Of a DNA stretch of 64,000 nt, positions 39,945-55,000 are shown piece by piece. Source of the DNA: Octopus vulgaris. Lineage: Eukaryota. The DNA lies in assembly GCA_951406725.2 (NCBI GenBank), contig OX597826.1:5456001-5520000 (forward strand), read 5' to 3'. The notes beneath the pieces were generated by a model. It was given only the letters and a program-made list of their open reading frames with translations. It did not search any database and was not told where the DNA came from. Both the position numbers and the translations under genes were made by a program. Position 1 is the first letter of the stretch. Each line of letters opens with the position of its first letter.

Positions 39945-39971
39945 CCTACCTATCTATCTGTCTATCTATCT
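39703..39971. repeat. (TATC)n/(TGTC)n array
   Basis: Read directly from the sequence. Confidence 0.95.
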
Positions 39972-41277
39972 AAGCATTATCATATAAGAAACTATATAAT
40001 TAGAACATGTCTTCTAATTTATATTCGTTTAGGCTACGTGAATTTACATATTTATAAGTTATATTATCAATATTTCGTCCCTATGTATTTTGTCAGCGTT
40101 ACAGAAAGAATTTTGTTGCACACCGGGAGATTTTAGTCTTCACCAGTTTGATTTATTACGTGTTGGTCCCTCACTCGCTCACTCACTTTGGTCTTTAATT
40201 TATGTCGTATAAATGTATTTACAATGTAAGGAATTACCTTACTTTGAAATGAGACTAATGAAACAGCATGATCTTGATCACTATAAAGCTACATGTTTCT
40301 CAAGTATAAGATACAATAACCTCCGTAGATTTCAGATATGTAACCTCCTTCAAGGGTGTGGACAATGTAAATCATTATTAGATCTAAAACTTTTATTATC
40401 ATTTCAGTTCTAAAACATAACGTGATACAGTCAAATATTATTTTTCACCACGAAACTACAATAACAATATCTAACTTGAGTTTTTAAAATTATGATATCA
40501 TTTAAAGTTAATCATAAAGTTAATCACAGGCAAGTATGTATCTGACACATACGCTGTTCGCTTTCCAGACATTTGTACATTACTGCATATATTTTATATG
40601 CACTTTTTGAAAAGTTGGGTTGCGCCTGGGCACTGTATACAATAATTTCATTATTATTATTATTATAAAATAGAAATCGATTAGGATTCATTAAAAAGCA
40701 AATTATATCTCAACACGACCCACTGAAAATGGTTAAACCTTCTAGGGAAGGGCTTCTACAAGAGCAGCTTACCCTACATCTACCATTTACAGTCATAATA
40801 AAAAAAGTCTATGAAACAGGTATTTGTGCTAGCATAATATATGCCGCCGGCATGTAGCTGTTTCAAATATAGAGGAAATATATTTATACAATTCCTTTAT
40901 AAGTTTTTCCAGTATCTGCTCTACACTCATCATTGTATGAATAGTATCTTCCTTTCTAAGTAGAAAGCTTTCGGTAAATATACAAATACAATAGCCTTTG
41001 TGGACAGCTAAGAGTTTGTTATTGCATTTATGTATGTAAGTAGGTACGTATGTATGCATTTATGTGCCTATATGTATGTATGTGTCTGTATGTACAAACA
41101 TACATACATGCGTACCTATATTTATACTTACACACATACAATACAAACATATATGTGTGTATATATATATATACGTATATATATATATATATATACATAC
41201 ACTTACACACATACATATATACATACATATATGCATATATATATATGTATATATATATACATACATACATACATACA

Positions 41278-41311
<34 letters not shown>

Positions 41312-41992
41312 GGTAATTGAAATAACATATGTGTGCTTACAAAGTGTATTCTTGCGTAAAACTTGCTAGTTACTTACTTGCCATAAGGAATATATAAAAT
41401 TTGAAAATTCATGCTCGAGAAGTTTTCCAATTTGCAATTATTATGCTTCATATTCAGCAAAAGACCATAAGATATGTTCATATTGTTTACATATAATTTA
41501 CTGTTAGTTGCAAATAACTGATAATAGGTCAAAAGTATAGAGCAGTAAATTGCAGCTAGCGCCCCAGACCAAATGGAATTACTAAGAAGGAAGAGCGTAT
41601 GAGCTGGTGAATGTATTGTACATGTAAATCTGTAACATTGGTTGTTGGTTCAGGTCTTAAGAGAAAATCATTTCTTAGTTCTTGCGAGAAAATGTCGTAT
41701 CGGAAAGGAAAATATGTCACAGTAACACGTCTTCTGGTACGAAGAGATATTTTCGAAATAAGGTGTATTGTTTAGAAGACATATGTGCAGATCTCAAATA
41801 ATTCTTACTTACAATTACTCTCTTTCCTTTCAGAAATAAATTACGACTTCAATTTCTTAGTGCGGAATAATTCTGCGTATTTTTTTTTTTATCTTTTAGT
41901 TCTTTCTGTCAATTTTAATTGAATGAATCGGCCCCGCTGATTATTTTTAAGGCTGTTTCTTAGTATCTCCGGCTTCTGCTCCCGAACAGCAA

Positions 41993-42199
41993 ATTTACGG
42001 AGACGTAAACACACAAGTACCGGTTGTCAAGGGGAGGTGATGGACATAGAAAGATACACAGGCACATACACACACATATGTGTGTGGTGTATGTGCGTGA
42101 CTTTGTATATCTCCCGTCACCGCTTGACACCAGGTGCCGGATTCTTTATACACGAACACACACACACCCACACCCTCACACACACACACACACCCACAC

Positions 42200-42250
<51 letters not shown>

Positions 42251-42422
42251 CCTAGGGAAAGTGTCTTCTACTATATTCTCGGGTCGATACATATTACGGC
42301 AAGTTTGTATCAACCCGAGGCTATAGTTGAAGACACCTCCGCAAGGTACCACGCAATGGGACTGAACCCAGAACCATGTGGTTGGGAAGTAAGCTTGTAT
42401 CCTCGCAGCAACACCTGCGCCT
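41993..42422 (-). mobile_element. SINE family 2 copy with (CA)n
   Basis: ttacggagacgtaaacacac...cccgaggctatagttgaagacacctccgcaaggtaccacgcaatgggactgaacccagaaccatgtggttggg. The reverse strand has the B-box-like GGTTCAGTCCC. Confidence 0.8.
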
Positions 42423-42665
42423 ATGTTTATGATTAAAATTAATAACACTTTTACTAAAATCAGCAAGTACATTTCCATAAAATTTCTCAGTTTTGTGTAA
42501 AGAAACGAATGTCACTAGATGATTAGATTATTGGTATATAAAGAGTACTGTATTCTGTAACGATAGTATCCTATAGAAATTATGCATACATTAATTAACA
42601 AAAGTGATGTGGTGTCTTACGAATAGTGTGAGTTGTACATCTAAACAATATATTCTTTACAAAAC

Positions 42666-42866
42666 GCGGCAAGCTGGCAGAATCGTTAGCACGCTGGGCG
42701 AAATGCTTAGCGGTATTTCGTCTGCCGCTACGTTCTGAGTTCAAATTCCGCCGAGGTCGACTTTACCTTTCATCCTTTCGTGTTCGATATATTAAGAACC
42801 CGTACTTATCTAATAGACTGTCACCTCCGCCAAAATTTCGGGCCTTGAGTCTAGAGTAGAAAAGAA
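42666..42866 (+). mobile_element. SINE family 1 (tail B), well conserved head
   Basis: gcggcaagctggcagaatcgttagcacgctgggcgaaatgcttagcggtatttcgtctgccgctacgttctgagttcaaattcc...gggccttgagtctagagtagaaaag. Confidence 0.9.
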
Positions 42867-43688
42867 TATATTTTTCAGAGGAATATACGTAGAAATGTTG
42901 TTTATATGCATTCCAACGCGCAAGGTTTGTTTAATAAATCTATAATTAAGTTCGCTAGCACAATAAAGAAATGAAATAAAATACCATGAATCACAACTAA
43001 TCGAACGTTCGGACTTGGTGTTTAGAAAGTCTTAAAAATGCAATTTAGCAAATCTAATTTAATTCCACCAATAATATTAGTAGGTGTATAAACATTTTGT
43101 TCATCGATAGTTAAAGCGGGTGCACTGCTCCTGAAAATGATACCGAAAAGGACGGAATGGAATCGTGCCGTTCTTCCTACTCCTTTTGTTTTCTCATCTA
43201 CGAATATTTTGTCTACACGTATTGCGAACATTCGTAGTGACATTGTATTGCCTATTAAATCAGTAAATATGTTTTCTAGTACATTGTAAATCTAAATAAT
43301 TATAACCAAGACAAGTAACGTCATGCCTAAAAAGAAAACAGTTAAAATGCTTGACGTTATTACGTATTTCATTAAAGTTCTGAACAATGAAGACTGCCCT
43401 GAAGTTTTGTTTTTCATTCTTAAACATCATTCTCTGTTTCCACAAAGACGAGACAGATATGTAAAAATGTATACTCAGTACTGAACAATCAACTGTTGCT
43501 ACGGGTCTAAAATTTATATCACCGAAAGAAGCTTTGTTCCATCTAATATTGTATCTAGATAGTTCTTAATACACTTTTAAAACATAGGTTTGCAGGAAAG
43601 AACTTCCTAGATATAAAAGTAGTTTTTCTCTCTAGTTTCAGCTCAGAGCTGTGGCCATGCTGATGCACCGCCGGTTATATAGCTATAA

Positions 43689-44071
43689 TAATTTGCGCAT
43701 CCAGTGTAACTTGGATATGTTGTAAAGAACGCCGTAGACTGCGTTAACATTCCTGTGAAATCATCTGGTTAGACGTTAGGTCCTAAACAAGTACATATTT
43801 TATCGTTTGACGAAATATCGTCAGTACCGGCAAATGGGACTGTTGTATCACGTGATTTTAGTGTAAATTGCGTATCATCAGCAACAGCGCGAATCTTGAT
43901 TGAAAATCCATCGAGCAGATGTAGTTTATACAACAATCACGTCCACTGCTGAAATTTCTTTACTGATATAATATGCGATTATTATCATCTAACGTCTATA
44001 TGAGATAACTTCTCAGTACAATTACTGCAGTCTAGGGTAACACATCCAAGTTAAGGTGGATGTGCAAATTA
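43689..44071. mobile_element. MITE-like element with imperfect terminal inverted repeats of about 33 bp
   Basis: taatttgcgcatccagtgtaacttggatatgtt pairs with aacacatccaagttaaggtggatgtgcaaatta, plus an inner tagactgc/gcagtcta pair. Confidence 0.6.
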
Positions 44072-44478
44072 GCACGCGTTACAAAGGTTGCTTCCATCGA
44101 TATCAGCTAATTGATATAGCTATATTTCGTCATCTCAAATTATGTCAAATCAAAATTATTTCTTCTACAGTTGGAAAATGTACTTACATATTTAATAGCT
44201 GTTCATTAATTATATAGTTCGTGTAATGCAAACGTCTTAAAGCCCAGATTATAGATGAAAGCAATGTCTGGCTCCTATATATTCTGTTAGTGTTTCTTCT
44301 ATTTCGGCGAAATAACAACGCTTACAAATTATGGATATAGCAATAAACAGTAGCTTGGCTCAAGCGGAAAAGGATAATAAAGTTCTGGACAAGATACTCT
44401 TTGGCGTCCTCATCTTGCTTTTACTATATCTCGGTTGTTGCATGGTCCCGCCTTCTTCGGGTGTCTTGTGATTCTTAC

Positions 44479-44543
44479 CTGATATTGAACTCATAAATTC
44501 CAGTGACTGCACTGCATTTTTACCAACGCCGTTATCCATCACC
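44479..44543 (-). other. Candidate 65-nt exon
   Basis: Minus strand reads ttttttcgctgccaacaaatatAG|ggtgATGgataac...atatCAG|GTAAGA, with a near-consensus donor. It reads MDNGVGKNAVQSLEFMSSIS. Confidence 0.3.
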
Positions 44544-44595
44544 CTATATTTGTTGGCAGCGAAAAAAATGAATATTTTTTTAGTCTTATACATAA

Positions 44596-44644
44596 ATACT
44601 CAAATATACACTCATATATATATATATATGAGTGTATATTTGAG

Positions 44645-44647
<3 letters not shown>
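44596..44647. repeat. 52-bp perfect palindrome centred on (AT)8
   Basis: atactcaaatatacactc-(AT)8-gagtgtatatttgagtat. Confidence 0.9.
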
Positions 44648-44703
<56 letters not shown>

Positions 44704-44802
44704 TTACTTATATGCATATGTGTGTCACAGTGAGAGAAAGAGAGAGAAAGACCATTTATGCATATATGTGTATATATATATGATATATATATATATATGT
44801 AT

Positions 44803-44834
<32 letters not shown>

Positions 44835-45298
44835 AAGTGCGTGTGTGTATGTATGTTTGTACGTACTTATGTGTGTCTGTCTATATGTAGATAGCAAAAT
44901 TATCATTTGAAAATGTACAAAATATTTTATAAAAAACACAAACAGTTTTCTCTACAAATGTTACAATGTTCATAACACAGCTGCAAAACAAATTAGTGTA
45001 AAAGTAATATTTGGTGTTCATGTTAGTGTTGTTCTCGCTGGATGTTCTGCTAACTCTATTCTGTTTATTGTGATGAAGACAATGTATGTTATGTGTTGTT
45101 GTATTTTTATGCGGTTTCGGTCGAAAAAAAATCACACAACTAGTATTAGTTATTTGATAAAGAAATAAAAGAAAGATAACCGTAAAAAAAAATATGTTGT
45201 AAAAATATTATAAAGAGAATGTTACTGAGTGAAAGAATGCGGAAAGGGAAGACAAAAATTGATTTTTATTCACGCTAGCTTGGTTTTAGTCTGAGAGT

Positions 45299-45310
45299 GG
45301 CGCCATTTTG
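45299..45310 (-). promoter_or_regulatory. YY1-like motif in a repeat-free island, possible promoter-proximal region
   Basis: Reverse strand CAAAATGGCGCC, compared with the YY1 consensus CAAGATGGCGGC. It lies in unique sequence at 44890-45520. Confidence 0.3.
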
Positions 45311-45529
45311 TTTTCTAAGAACTCTAAAATGCGATCTAAAATTTGGCAAAACTAGGTTAGAAATATTAAACGCCAGAACATTCGCGATTGTCTGAATCAT
45401 ATATACTACATGTTTGTGTTTGGAGTAGCGTACTTAGGTATGTATTAGTGCAAAAAACCCGCAATATATGCTAATTGTTGTAAGTTAATTAAGTAGAGGC
45501 GTAACATTCACCTTTGTTTCACAACACAC

Positions 45530-45838
<309 letters not shown>

Positions 45839-46261
45839 AGTTCTATATTCTAATACAATTATATACATTATTTTTTTTGTTCGTAATAATATTCCAAGCT
45901 TGCATAAAAATACTATGTTGGTTCGGATTAAAAGTGAAAGTGCGAATTTGTAGTGAATAGAAACGCGTTGAAGTGTAAATTTAATTAGATCACAAATACA
46001 TGCTTCCACACATTCAGTGCTTCGAGGTTGTCCCTTTCATTTTACATGGAGTTGTTCTACTTCCCCCCATTTTATTTCTGGTGCGTTGTTATTTTTTTTT
46101 TTTTATTGTCACTTGTTTATTGCTGTTTTATTAAATTCATAGTTTCGTTTCTTTAATCCTTTTTTTTTTCTTTTCGTTTTATACTTCTTAAACATGCCGG
46201 TAATGATGATGAAGATAATGATATACGTTGTAACGTGAATGCGTATGCCTTTCATTATAAC

Positions 46262-46328
46262 GCTGCTGCTGCTGCTGGTACAAATCATGATGATGATGAT
46301 GATGATAGTGACAGAGGTGGTGGTGGTG

Positions 46329-46359
<31 letters not shown>

Positions 46360-46418
46360 TGATGATAACGATGGTGATGATGATAATGATGATGTTGGTG
46401 ATGATGATGAAGATGATA
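46262..46418. repeat. Compound (GCT)n/(GAT)n/(GGT)n trinucleotide tract
   Basis: Read directly from the sequence. Confidence 0.9.
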
Positions 46419-47075
46419 TATAACTCTTTGTTGTAATTTAGTTTCGGTATGCCATTTTCTTTTTGTCTCTTAATATTTTTTTTTGAGCGCTTTGCTCCTT
46501 CTACACTTCAATAACAGGTGAATGCGTTGTTAGGCTGCGATATAATGATGCCTTTGCTGGGGATTGCAAATGATTAATTGCGATATTGAACTAATAGTAC
46601 TTCAAGGGTGATATATAACGAGCGGGAGAGAAAGTTAATACAGGCTAATTTACAATGGAAATGCAAGAAGTTTATGAAAAGACAGAGAAAAAAAAAGAAA
46701 TAATAATAATAAATATATAAATGAATGAAATCCAATTAACTTGAAATCAAACAATTGATAAAGAACTAAATAGTTGCGTGAACTGAAATCATATACGAAG
46801 TAAAAACAGAACAACAGAACACAAATATTTCTATATTTCTAACCGTCCTTAATCTTAGAGATTGCTGTGTTCATTGTTAAGTTCTTGAACTTAAACTCTA
46901 TGTATCTTTTTTTTAGATGAAAGCTAACTCCGTAGGAAGATAATGAATGTTAATTAAATGCATTTATCGGTTCAATTCACAACATTTTAATTATGTCTTA
47001 ATAATGGCATTATATATATATATCTATCAAGAAGTATTCATATGCATATGATATGTGTCTGTGTATACACATCTA

Positions 47076-47136
<61 letters not shown>

Positions 47137-47154
47137 AAATATATATACATATGC

Positions 47155-47232
<78 letters not shown>

Positions 47233-48388
47233 ACAAATATATATGAATTTGTGTGTCTGTGTGGAGAAAGCTACGCGTTTATCGGTACCTACATGTATTC
47301 ATAACATTTGTAAATTCCAGCAAGCAAATATATCAAATTATATTTAAAGCATACATTACTTAACGCAAACATCACCTCGTATAAACGACAATATATTGGG
47401 TACAGTGTGTTAATATATTAAATGCTGGTAGTCTACTCTGATGCACTCGAGCGGTGAGCAGAAAACCTTTTAAATAAAGATAACTCACGTAAATACGTAC
47501 AGAAACACACTTGTCTGTACATCTTCGAAACGCGGAGTAGATGAAACAGGGACAACTGATGAAGGGGAATATTCTTTATGTTGCATGTCTCGTTTCTCTT
47601 TGTTTTTTTCGTTGCTGAAAAAAATAATAAGAGTATAATACCAAGATTTATTCAACCGTTAATGCAACTCCCCATAATTGTGCCCTATGTCATATTTTCA
47701 CCTTTGTCTGCTCCCATCTTTAGGTGTGAAACCTTAAAACCATGATATAAATATGAAATTTAATGACGGCTTAGTACATATTTCAATCATTCCTGTATCA
47801 TTTTGTGATAAAGGCATGATTTAATTGCACATGAACATGTATGATAACTGTAATTATTTTGGAATTGACTCAAAATCATTACATTTCATTTTGCATGATA
47901 AAATATTTGTTATGCTGTAAGTGTATGACCTAATAAAATGACCTGTTATATCCTTCGCTTTCGGAACATTGGCTTTTGTTAATCCAGTAACCCTGCTGAT
48001 AAATGTCTACAGTGACTGTATCCGCTTATACATTTCTATGTGTATATACATTTTTATTTCTATATTGTGTTACAGTGTGAAGGTCTAATTATCAATAATA
48101 CAAACGTTTTACAACCACCAAATCTCTCTCAACTTTCTGAGGTTATGAACAAGTCTAACATGCATCATTCCTTTGGAATAATGGAATAAAACCAAAAGAT
48201 CTATGTGTCCTGTTTATAACTTTTCGAGAGCTACATACTTGTGGTGGAGTGAAATATCTAATGTCGATATATTTAGAATTTGAATTATACATTTCCATGT
48301 ATATCGAAAATCCTAGACGAAGAAATAATGTTTTATATTCTTTAACAACAGATTTCCTGGTCCACCAACCAAACTGGTATTCAGTGTA

Positions 48389-48826
48389 TTATACTACAAT
48401 CTCGGACTGATCAACGTCGTATGCCGGAATTGGTCAGACGGATTCTAGGTAGAAGCTCATCGTATTTATGATCTCATGAATTATAGTTTGTTTTATTAGA
48501 AAACGGAATAGGAATCTGTCACATATTTAATATCTTACATCTTTGATATCTTTCAGTAATTGAACTTCGGCCATGCTGGGGCACCTCCTCGAAGGGTTTT
48601 AGTCGCACAAATCGACACGACCATTTATTTTTAAAACCGAGTACTTCTAACAGTCATTTTCGCCGAACCAGAAATATTAGATGTCATGCGATGGTGGTAA
48701 TTTGGGCAAACAAAAAAACCTACATGTACACACAAAAACGTATGTATAAATACGATGAGCTTCCTTCTAGAATCCGTCAAACCAATTCCAGCATACGACG
48801 TTGATCAGTCCGAGATTGTAGTATAA
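48389..48826. repeat. Inverted duplication of about 81 bp of a diverged SINE family 2 segment
   Basis: 48389-48469 is approximately the reverse complement of 48746-48826. The right arm lies within a diverged SINE copy at 48560-48905. Confidence 0.85.
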
Positions 48827-48947
48827 GTCACTTGTCCAAGTTGACGCACAATAGGACAACACACGTAGATGCAAAGTGAACTAGTTAATCACAGAGAAAT
48901 ACCTGTGATCTTACTCTAAATCTCCCCTTCAGAAATTTATATTCAAT

Positions 48948-49345
48948 AAGGCGGCGAGCTGGCAGAACCGTTAACATGACGGGCGAAAAGCTTAGCGCTA
49001 TTTCGTCTGTCTTTACGATCTGATTTCAAATTCCGCCGAGGTCGACTTTGCCTTTCATCCTTTCGGGGTCGATAAAATGAGTACCAATTAAATACTGGGG
49101 TCGATGTAATCGACTTAATCCCTTTGTCTGTCCTTGTTTGTCTTCTCTGTGTTTAGCCCCTTGTGGTTAGTAAATAAATAGGTATTTCGTCTGTCTTTAC
49201 GATCTGAGTTCAAATTCCGCTGAGGTCGACTTTGCCTTCCATCCTTTCGAGGTCGGTAACTTAACTACCAATTGCATTCCATGGTCGATATAATCGACTG
49301 GCCCCCTCCCTCAAAATTCCTTGTGCTTAGAGTAGAATAGAAATT
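48948..49345 (+). mobile_element. SINE family 1 dimer (tail A joined at ggt|atttcgtctg to a second body and tail B)
   Basis: The body occurs twice. The junction aaataaataggtatttcgtctg is at about 49175-49190. Confidence 0.88.
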
Positions 49346-49377
49346 TATAAGTATATTTGTGTATTTGTGTATTTACA

Positions 49378-49540
49378 AGGCGGCTCTCTGGCAGAGTCTT
49401 CAGCACACGGGGCAAAATGCTTAGCAGTGTTTCGTCCGTCATTACCTGCTCAGTCGACTTTGCCTTTCATCCCTTCTCTGGGGTCAACGTACTCGACGTG
49501 CTCTTCCTCCGAAATTACTGGCCTTGTGACAACATTTCCA
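49378..49540 (+). mobile_element. Degenerate SINE family 1 copy
   Basis: aggcggctctctggcagagtc...aaatgcttagcagtgtttcgtcc...gtcgactttgcctttcatcc. Confidence 0.75.
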
Positions 49541-50898
49541 AAAATATATTTTTAGTTTACACTGTTTCAAAGAAGTTGGTCAAACACATTCAAAGAAAGT
49601 CAAGAGTTTCGACATTCACTTATCATTATTTCCTTGTAATAGGACTGATAAATATATTTGTATTCGTTAAAGTTTTTTAGCGGTACAGGCAAAGACAGCT
49701 ATGATGAGGTATAACCCACACATGAAAATTCTAGCCTTCGACAAAATATTGTCTAAGTAAGGTAGGAAATCTATTCAGGAATAGGAACCGGTTGAATTTA
49801 ATAACAGAAAAATGTGGACGCTCTTTTTGCAAGGCGCTGGGTCACTACAAGTTACATCTTTGTGTAGGAATAATATAAAAAATTAAAAATCGAATGCTTA
49901 CTTGGCATGACTGTTTAGCTGATATTATTTTACGTAGGGTCAATTGATGTTCAATAAACTTAACACTCCGCGACGTTTGGTACATCAGAATTACAGCCCA
50001 TTCGCATTGACCTCTAACTCATAGATTTACTTAGAACAGTGTGACACAGGGCAAGAAAATTCAATATCCCAAGTAGTTTGGGAACAACCACAATAAAGAA
50101 GATATCCAATTATAAATGCCTATTTTCATAACTCAACCGAAAACTCATCCGATGCCCGTAGATGCAGCCATTTGGACAAAACCTATGACTGCATCTCAAG
50201 AAAATTTAGTATTGTGCTAATTGTAACACTATAACAGATCTCAAGAGTATGCCGTTTCTATGTTGGTGCCTTCCAGTGCGGAAGAAGATCGACGGAGCGA
50301 GCTATTTAATATATAGTGACATACGACTTCTCCACACTCCACTGATAAATTTATCCTTTTATCTAATCAGGTTGTTGCAACATCAATGCATATCATCACT
50401 TTCTGCAGAATTTCTGCACACTGAAGTCCAATCAGTAATTGTTCGGTGATATGAATCAATATACTATGTTGCGCTTGTTTAACAATATAGCTCATTTGCT
50501 TTAAAGCGCAATAGATTTATTTAACATATTTTATGATATAATAGTTGATATTTTTCGTCGCATTACTCAATAAGACGGAAAGAAATGTCTGATTCGGTCG
50601 TATACAATTATTAAATTAGCACTGATGTTTCATACGAATAATTTCATCCTATTATTATATTGAAAAGAGAATCTCTATATTATATTCAGATGCACAGCAA
50701 CTGAAATAAAAAAACCAAAACAGAACATAAATACAGAGTTATGTATATGAATACATACATACATACATACATACATACATACATACATACATACATACAT
50801 ACATACATGTACATACATACATGCATATATATATATGTGTGTATGTGTATCAGTTTCTCTCTCGCTCTCTAAATATATATATATATTTATAATGTGTC

Positions 50899-50941
<43 letters not shown>

Positions 50942-50946
50942 TATAC

Positions 50947-51066
<120 letters not shown>

Positions 51067-51957
51067 TATACATGCATACAAGTGTGTGGGTTTGTTTAAG
51101 TGCTGATAGATGTTTAAATATTTTGGAGTAAAATACAATGTACAATAATTAATATTAAATACCTGTTGTACTGCGTATAATTGCATGGGCCATCGTAAGT
51201 TCTGTAGAAAGAGACAAAAGAAGATGCCGTTTTCCAAAAGGAATAACGGAATATAGTTAAGATTTCTATAGTAGAAGAAAAATACAAGAACAAGTTCAGT
51301 GAGTCACGCTTCAAAGTGCTCAACTTCTCATAGAATTCATTATTGTATATCACGTAATAAATATAATGTAACTTTTCTATATGCGAACATGATTTTGCTA
51401 TGAGAGTGTACTGCCTTGTAAATTATGAGTACATAACTATTAGGACTGTATGCATGAATTTATACGTTTTAATATACTATTAACAACATATTTTGTTGGG
51501 TAATAAAATAAATGGTTATATTGTGCAATTCAGAACTTAAATTCTCCGAAAAACAATCAGCATTTAATACTATGAGTGTCTTTTCGTTTTACTCGTAATA
51601 TTTGAAATGCATTTGGAGTTTGACTAACCCAGAGAGTATAGACAGTGCAAGAAATCATAACAGATTGTTTATAAAGATGCAATATATAATAACAGGTAAT
51701 ACTTACTAATTAACATCAACCCTGATTTAATTTAAATGAGGTCGTCTCTATGAACACGATCTTTACTACTGTCAAGAATTCAAAAAAATAATATTATTGC
51801 GCCTTAAACTTGATAAGCCTCTGACTGCCAATATATTTTGCTTATTAAACTTGCGCTACGTAACTATTGATATTAATAAATGTTGTTAATGAAATGTATG
51901 TGAGCTGTAACAAAATAATATATAATATATATAAATATATGTATGTATGTATGTATG

Positions 51958-52041
<84 letters not shown>

Positions 52042-55000
52042 CATGCATACATACATATATTTTGTTATGATCCCTGATTTAGAATGACCATTCGTTACAT
52101 AGACGAAATATATTATATCAAACCTAATTCTACGAATAGATACAATTGCATTGTATCAGACAAAATATAAACTATTGTATAATTCCATAAATTCTAATAC
52201 CGTATTTTATAATTTTGATATTAAGTTAAGTGACTCTTTCTTGCACTAAATAACTCAAATGGGATCATCAGACACTTTGGTTAAGAATATCTTTATGCTT
52301 TTGGTATCAATGCAGTCACCGAAAGATGTGATTAGCGATTATAGCGATCCGTAATGGCGATGGGAAAAGCTATATCAGTTACTGACATGAGTTTTATACA
52401 CGATAGACCAGTGTATATTACTGTTACTAATTTTATCTCTTGCTTAGCTATAATAATGAAAGCAAATAAAACCCTATTATGTATTTATTTCCCGCCTGAT
52501 TTGTAGCATATTTTACTAAACTCTAAAACCCTAATTACCACATTTAAGTATTTCTTTCAAGGAAATATACAGTTTCCAACTTTCATCTTAAATGTTTTCA
52601 AGAATTATCCTGCTGTATTGCATTGATACATTTAGAATTATAATAATCTCTAAGCATCACAAGAACACATTATCTGTCTTCGAAAAGGAAAATACGAAAA
52701 ATTATTCTTCCCTCATATTCTAGTATTTGTCGCCGTATCTTTAATTTCTATTTCTCATGATTTTTAAATGCATTAACAGATTTCACTCAAGACTGCCAGG
52801 CTAGCATAATCAAATTCTTTCCAACAGTTAACTTAATTTGTGTTAGACACTTTATTAAAAAGCTATTTTTTAATTCAAATTTTCTGTTAGTTAACAGGCA
52901 ACATAATTTGCAAAACATCAATTTAAACGGTTCTTCAATATCTATTCGAAAACAGAAGCAGAAATACATATACGCTTGCTTGTAATTATCTGCTCTATGT
53001 AGGAAACGTTTCCTAATTGAAAAAAAAATCCAAATTCTTTTTTTCGATTGTAGTTAGAAATAAAACGAAATAGAAATGAATATTTACAAGCACCTAGTAT
53101 ATAACTATACAGAAGTTATGTATAAGAAATAAATTTATTATAGCTTGATTCACCTAAAGTTGACGACGCGAATGAATTGTGTAAGTCAAGTGGAGAAAAT
53201 TCGAAAGTGTCAACCCGACCTTTCAGTGATATTGTGACTCACTTTCTTTGCATTATGAAATGTCTAACGCTTACAACAATTGCACAGTGTGCAGTCGTTG
53301 TAAAGGGATGTTTTGGTGTATGCTTAGGTGTGGCGTTTTGATATTTGTCTCATCTCATTTAAGTGTGGGATTTCAATGTATTTGTAATTGATATCCGACA
53401 AATTTGTGTAAAATCACTTAAGGCAAATAACAGTATCAATTGATCGTATTGAAATTATTCTTGCTGAATAAATGCGAGTTAAGAGAAGAGGAAGAAAAGG
53501 TGAAAACGCCAGGGAAAAAGTGGTATAAATACTATCAGAGTGGAAGGGGAGAGCGAAATGTTACCTGAAGAGAAAGTGTGAAGAAATGGCGTATTAATAT
53601 GAAATTTGTCTTCGAACCACGATCAGATTTACGTTAACAAGTGGCCAAACCTTTGTATTGAAGATTTTATGACCTTCTAAACAGCTGTCATAATGCAAAC
53701 CGCTCTCATTTAAATATGGTTCGCTTCCTAAACACTTATCTTCATAATTCCGATTGGTAAAATATCCCTGATGGCGATCAGTAACACATCATCAACAGTC
53801 TTCTTGAAAATGTTACCATTCTTTAGAGATCACTTGTTCTGTGCGTAGGTTCTGCGTACAATTCTCATTGCTGTACTTTAGGCTATAATAGAAGTACTAC
53901 AACTTGACGTATTCGCTCGACCTATCCACGAATACAATATACTTTTAAAAGAAAATGTTCACTTAGTGTTTCACAATCCACATTTTACTTAGTGGATTAC
54001 AAATACATACACACATTCATATATGCACATATAATTACATGAACACACATACACACACACACACCATACACAGACAGCCACACACTGACACACACGCGCA
54101 TACACACAAACTTGTAAATATATATGTATTGATTTTAAGCGCCATAATTTAACATTTTCCTTCTGTAGAACAATCTGAAAAATAATTTTCTATTGTCTTT
54201 CTTAAATACATTATTATTTCTGTGATATATAAACTGACTGTTTCATCCCTTTGTCTGTGTGCGAACGATTTATTGAAATGAATATTAAAAAAATAGTTAT
54301 ATATTGATTAGCTAAAGCCGTAGTTCTTTTAGTTGAACATCAACCTACGGAGAAAGTAATCACTAATACATGAAGCTATCACTCTAAATGTGACTTTTGA
54401 TAAACATACTGTATTTACTTTATGAGTTGTATTTCAGGACCCTTCAACTAATATTTTAAATTCTCATACATTTTAGCATCTACAACAATTTTTGTCATTG
54501 TTCGCTGACGTTGATAAATTGTACTGCTTTGTTGCATCGCTTTGTACATATTGTACGGGTCTGGCATGGATTTAACATTATTGTCCTCCTTGCAGCAAAC
54601 ACTCATATATTTCACACACAACATATAAACGAATCGTTCGATTTATGTTCCAACGCTATGCAGTATGAATAATACGTATGTAACTTGTTTCAGCAAGTAA
54701 TAGTCTTTGCTTCACACAGAGTCGCAGGCGAATAATTAGAGAACGAAGCCAGGCATTGCTGCGGGGGGACGGATGCATTTTTACTATATTGCTTTACTTC
54801 CCGTAAAGTACTTCGGAATAAGTGTATGACCAGAGAGATGTTCTCTGTATGAGAAAAAACCCACGTTCATAAAGCAACACATCCCCAAATACCATTCACA
54901 AAATCTCACGTTTTATGAAGTACGGTGTTGTTTGATATTAATATGATCTGGCTACGGTCTGCATGTATCACAAATGCCAAGTACGCTTTCCACACAAAGC

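Noticed and set aside
43780-43920. Minus-strand KIRAVADDTQ resembling the RT (Y/F)ADD motif
   Set aside because: It is a single short motif with a non-aromatic first residue and no other RT motifs nearby.
47432-47570. Hammerhead-like pieces tctact-CTGATGC...GAAAcgcggagtaga and a second CTGATGA at about 47556
   Set aside because: A9 is mutated and there is no UH cleavage triplet. The second core has no downstream GAAA or stem III. It may be a decayed element but cannot be supported.
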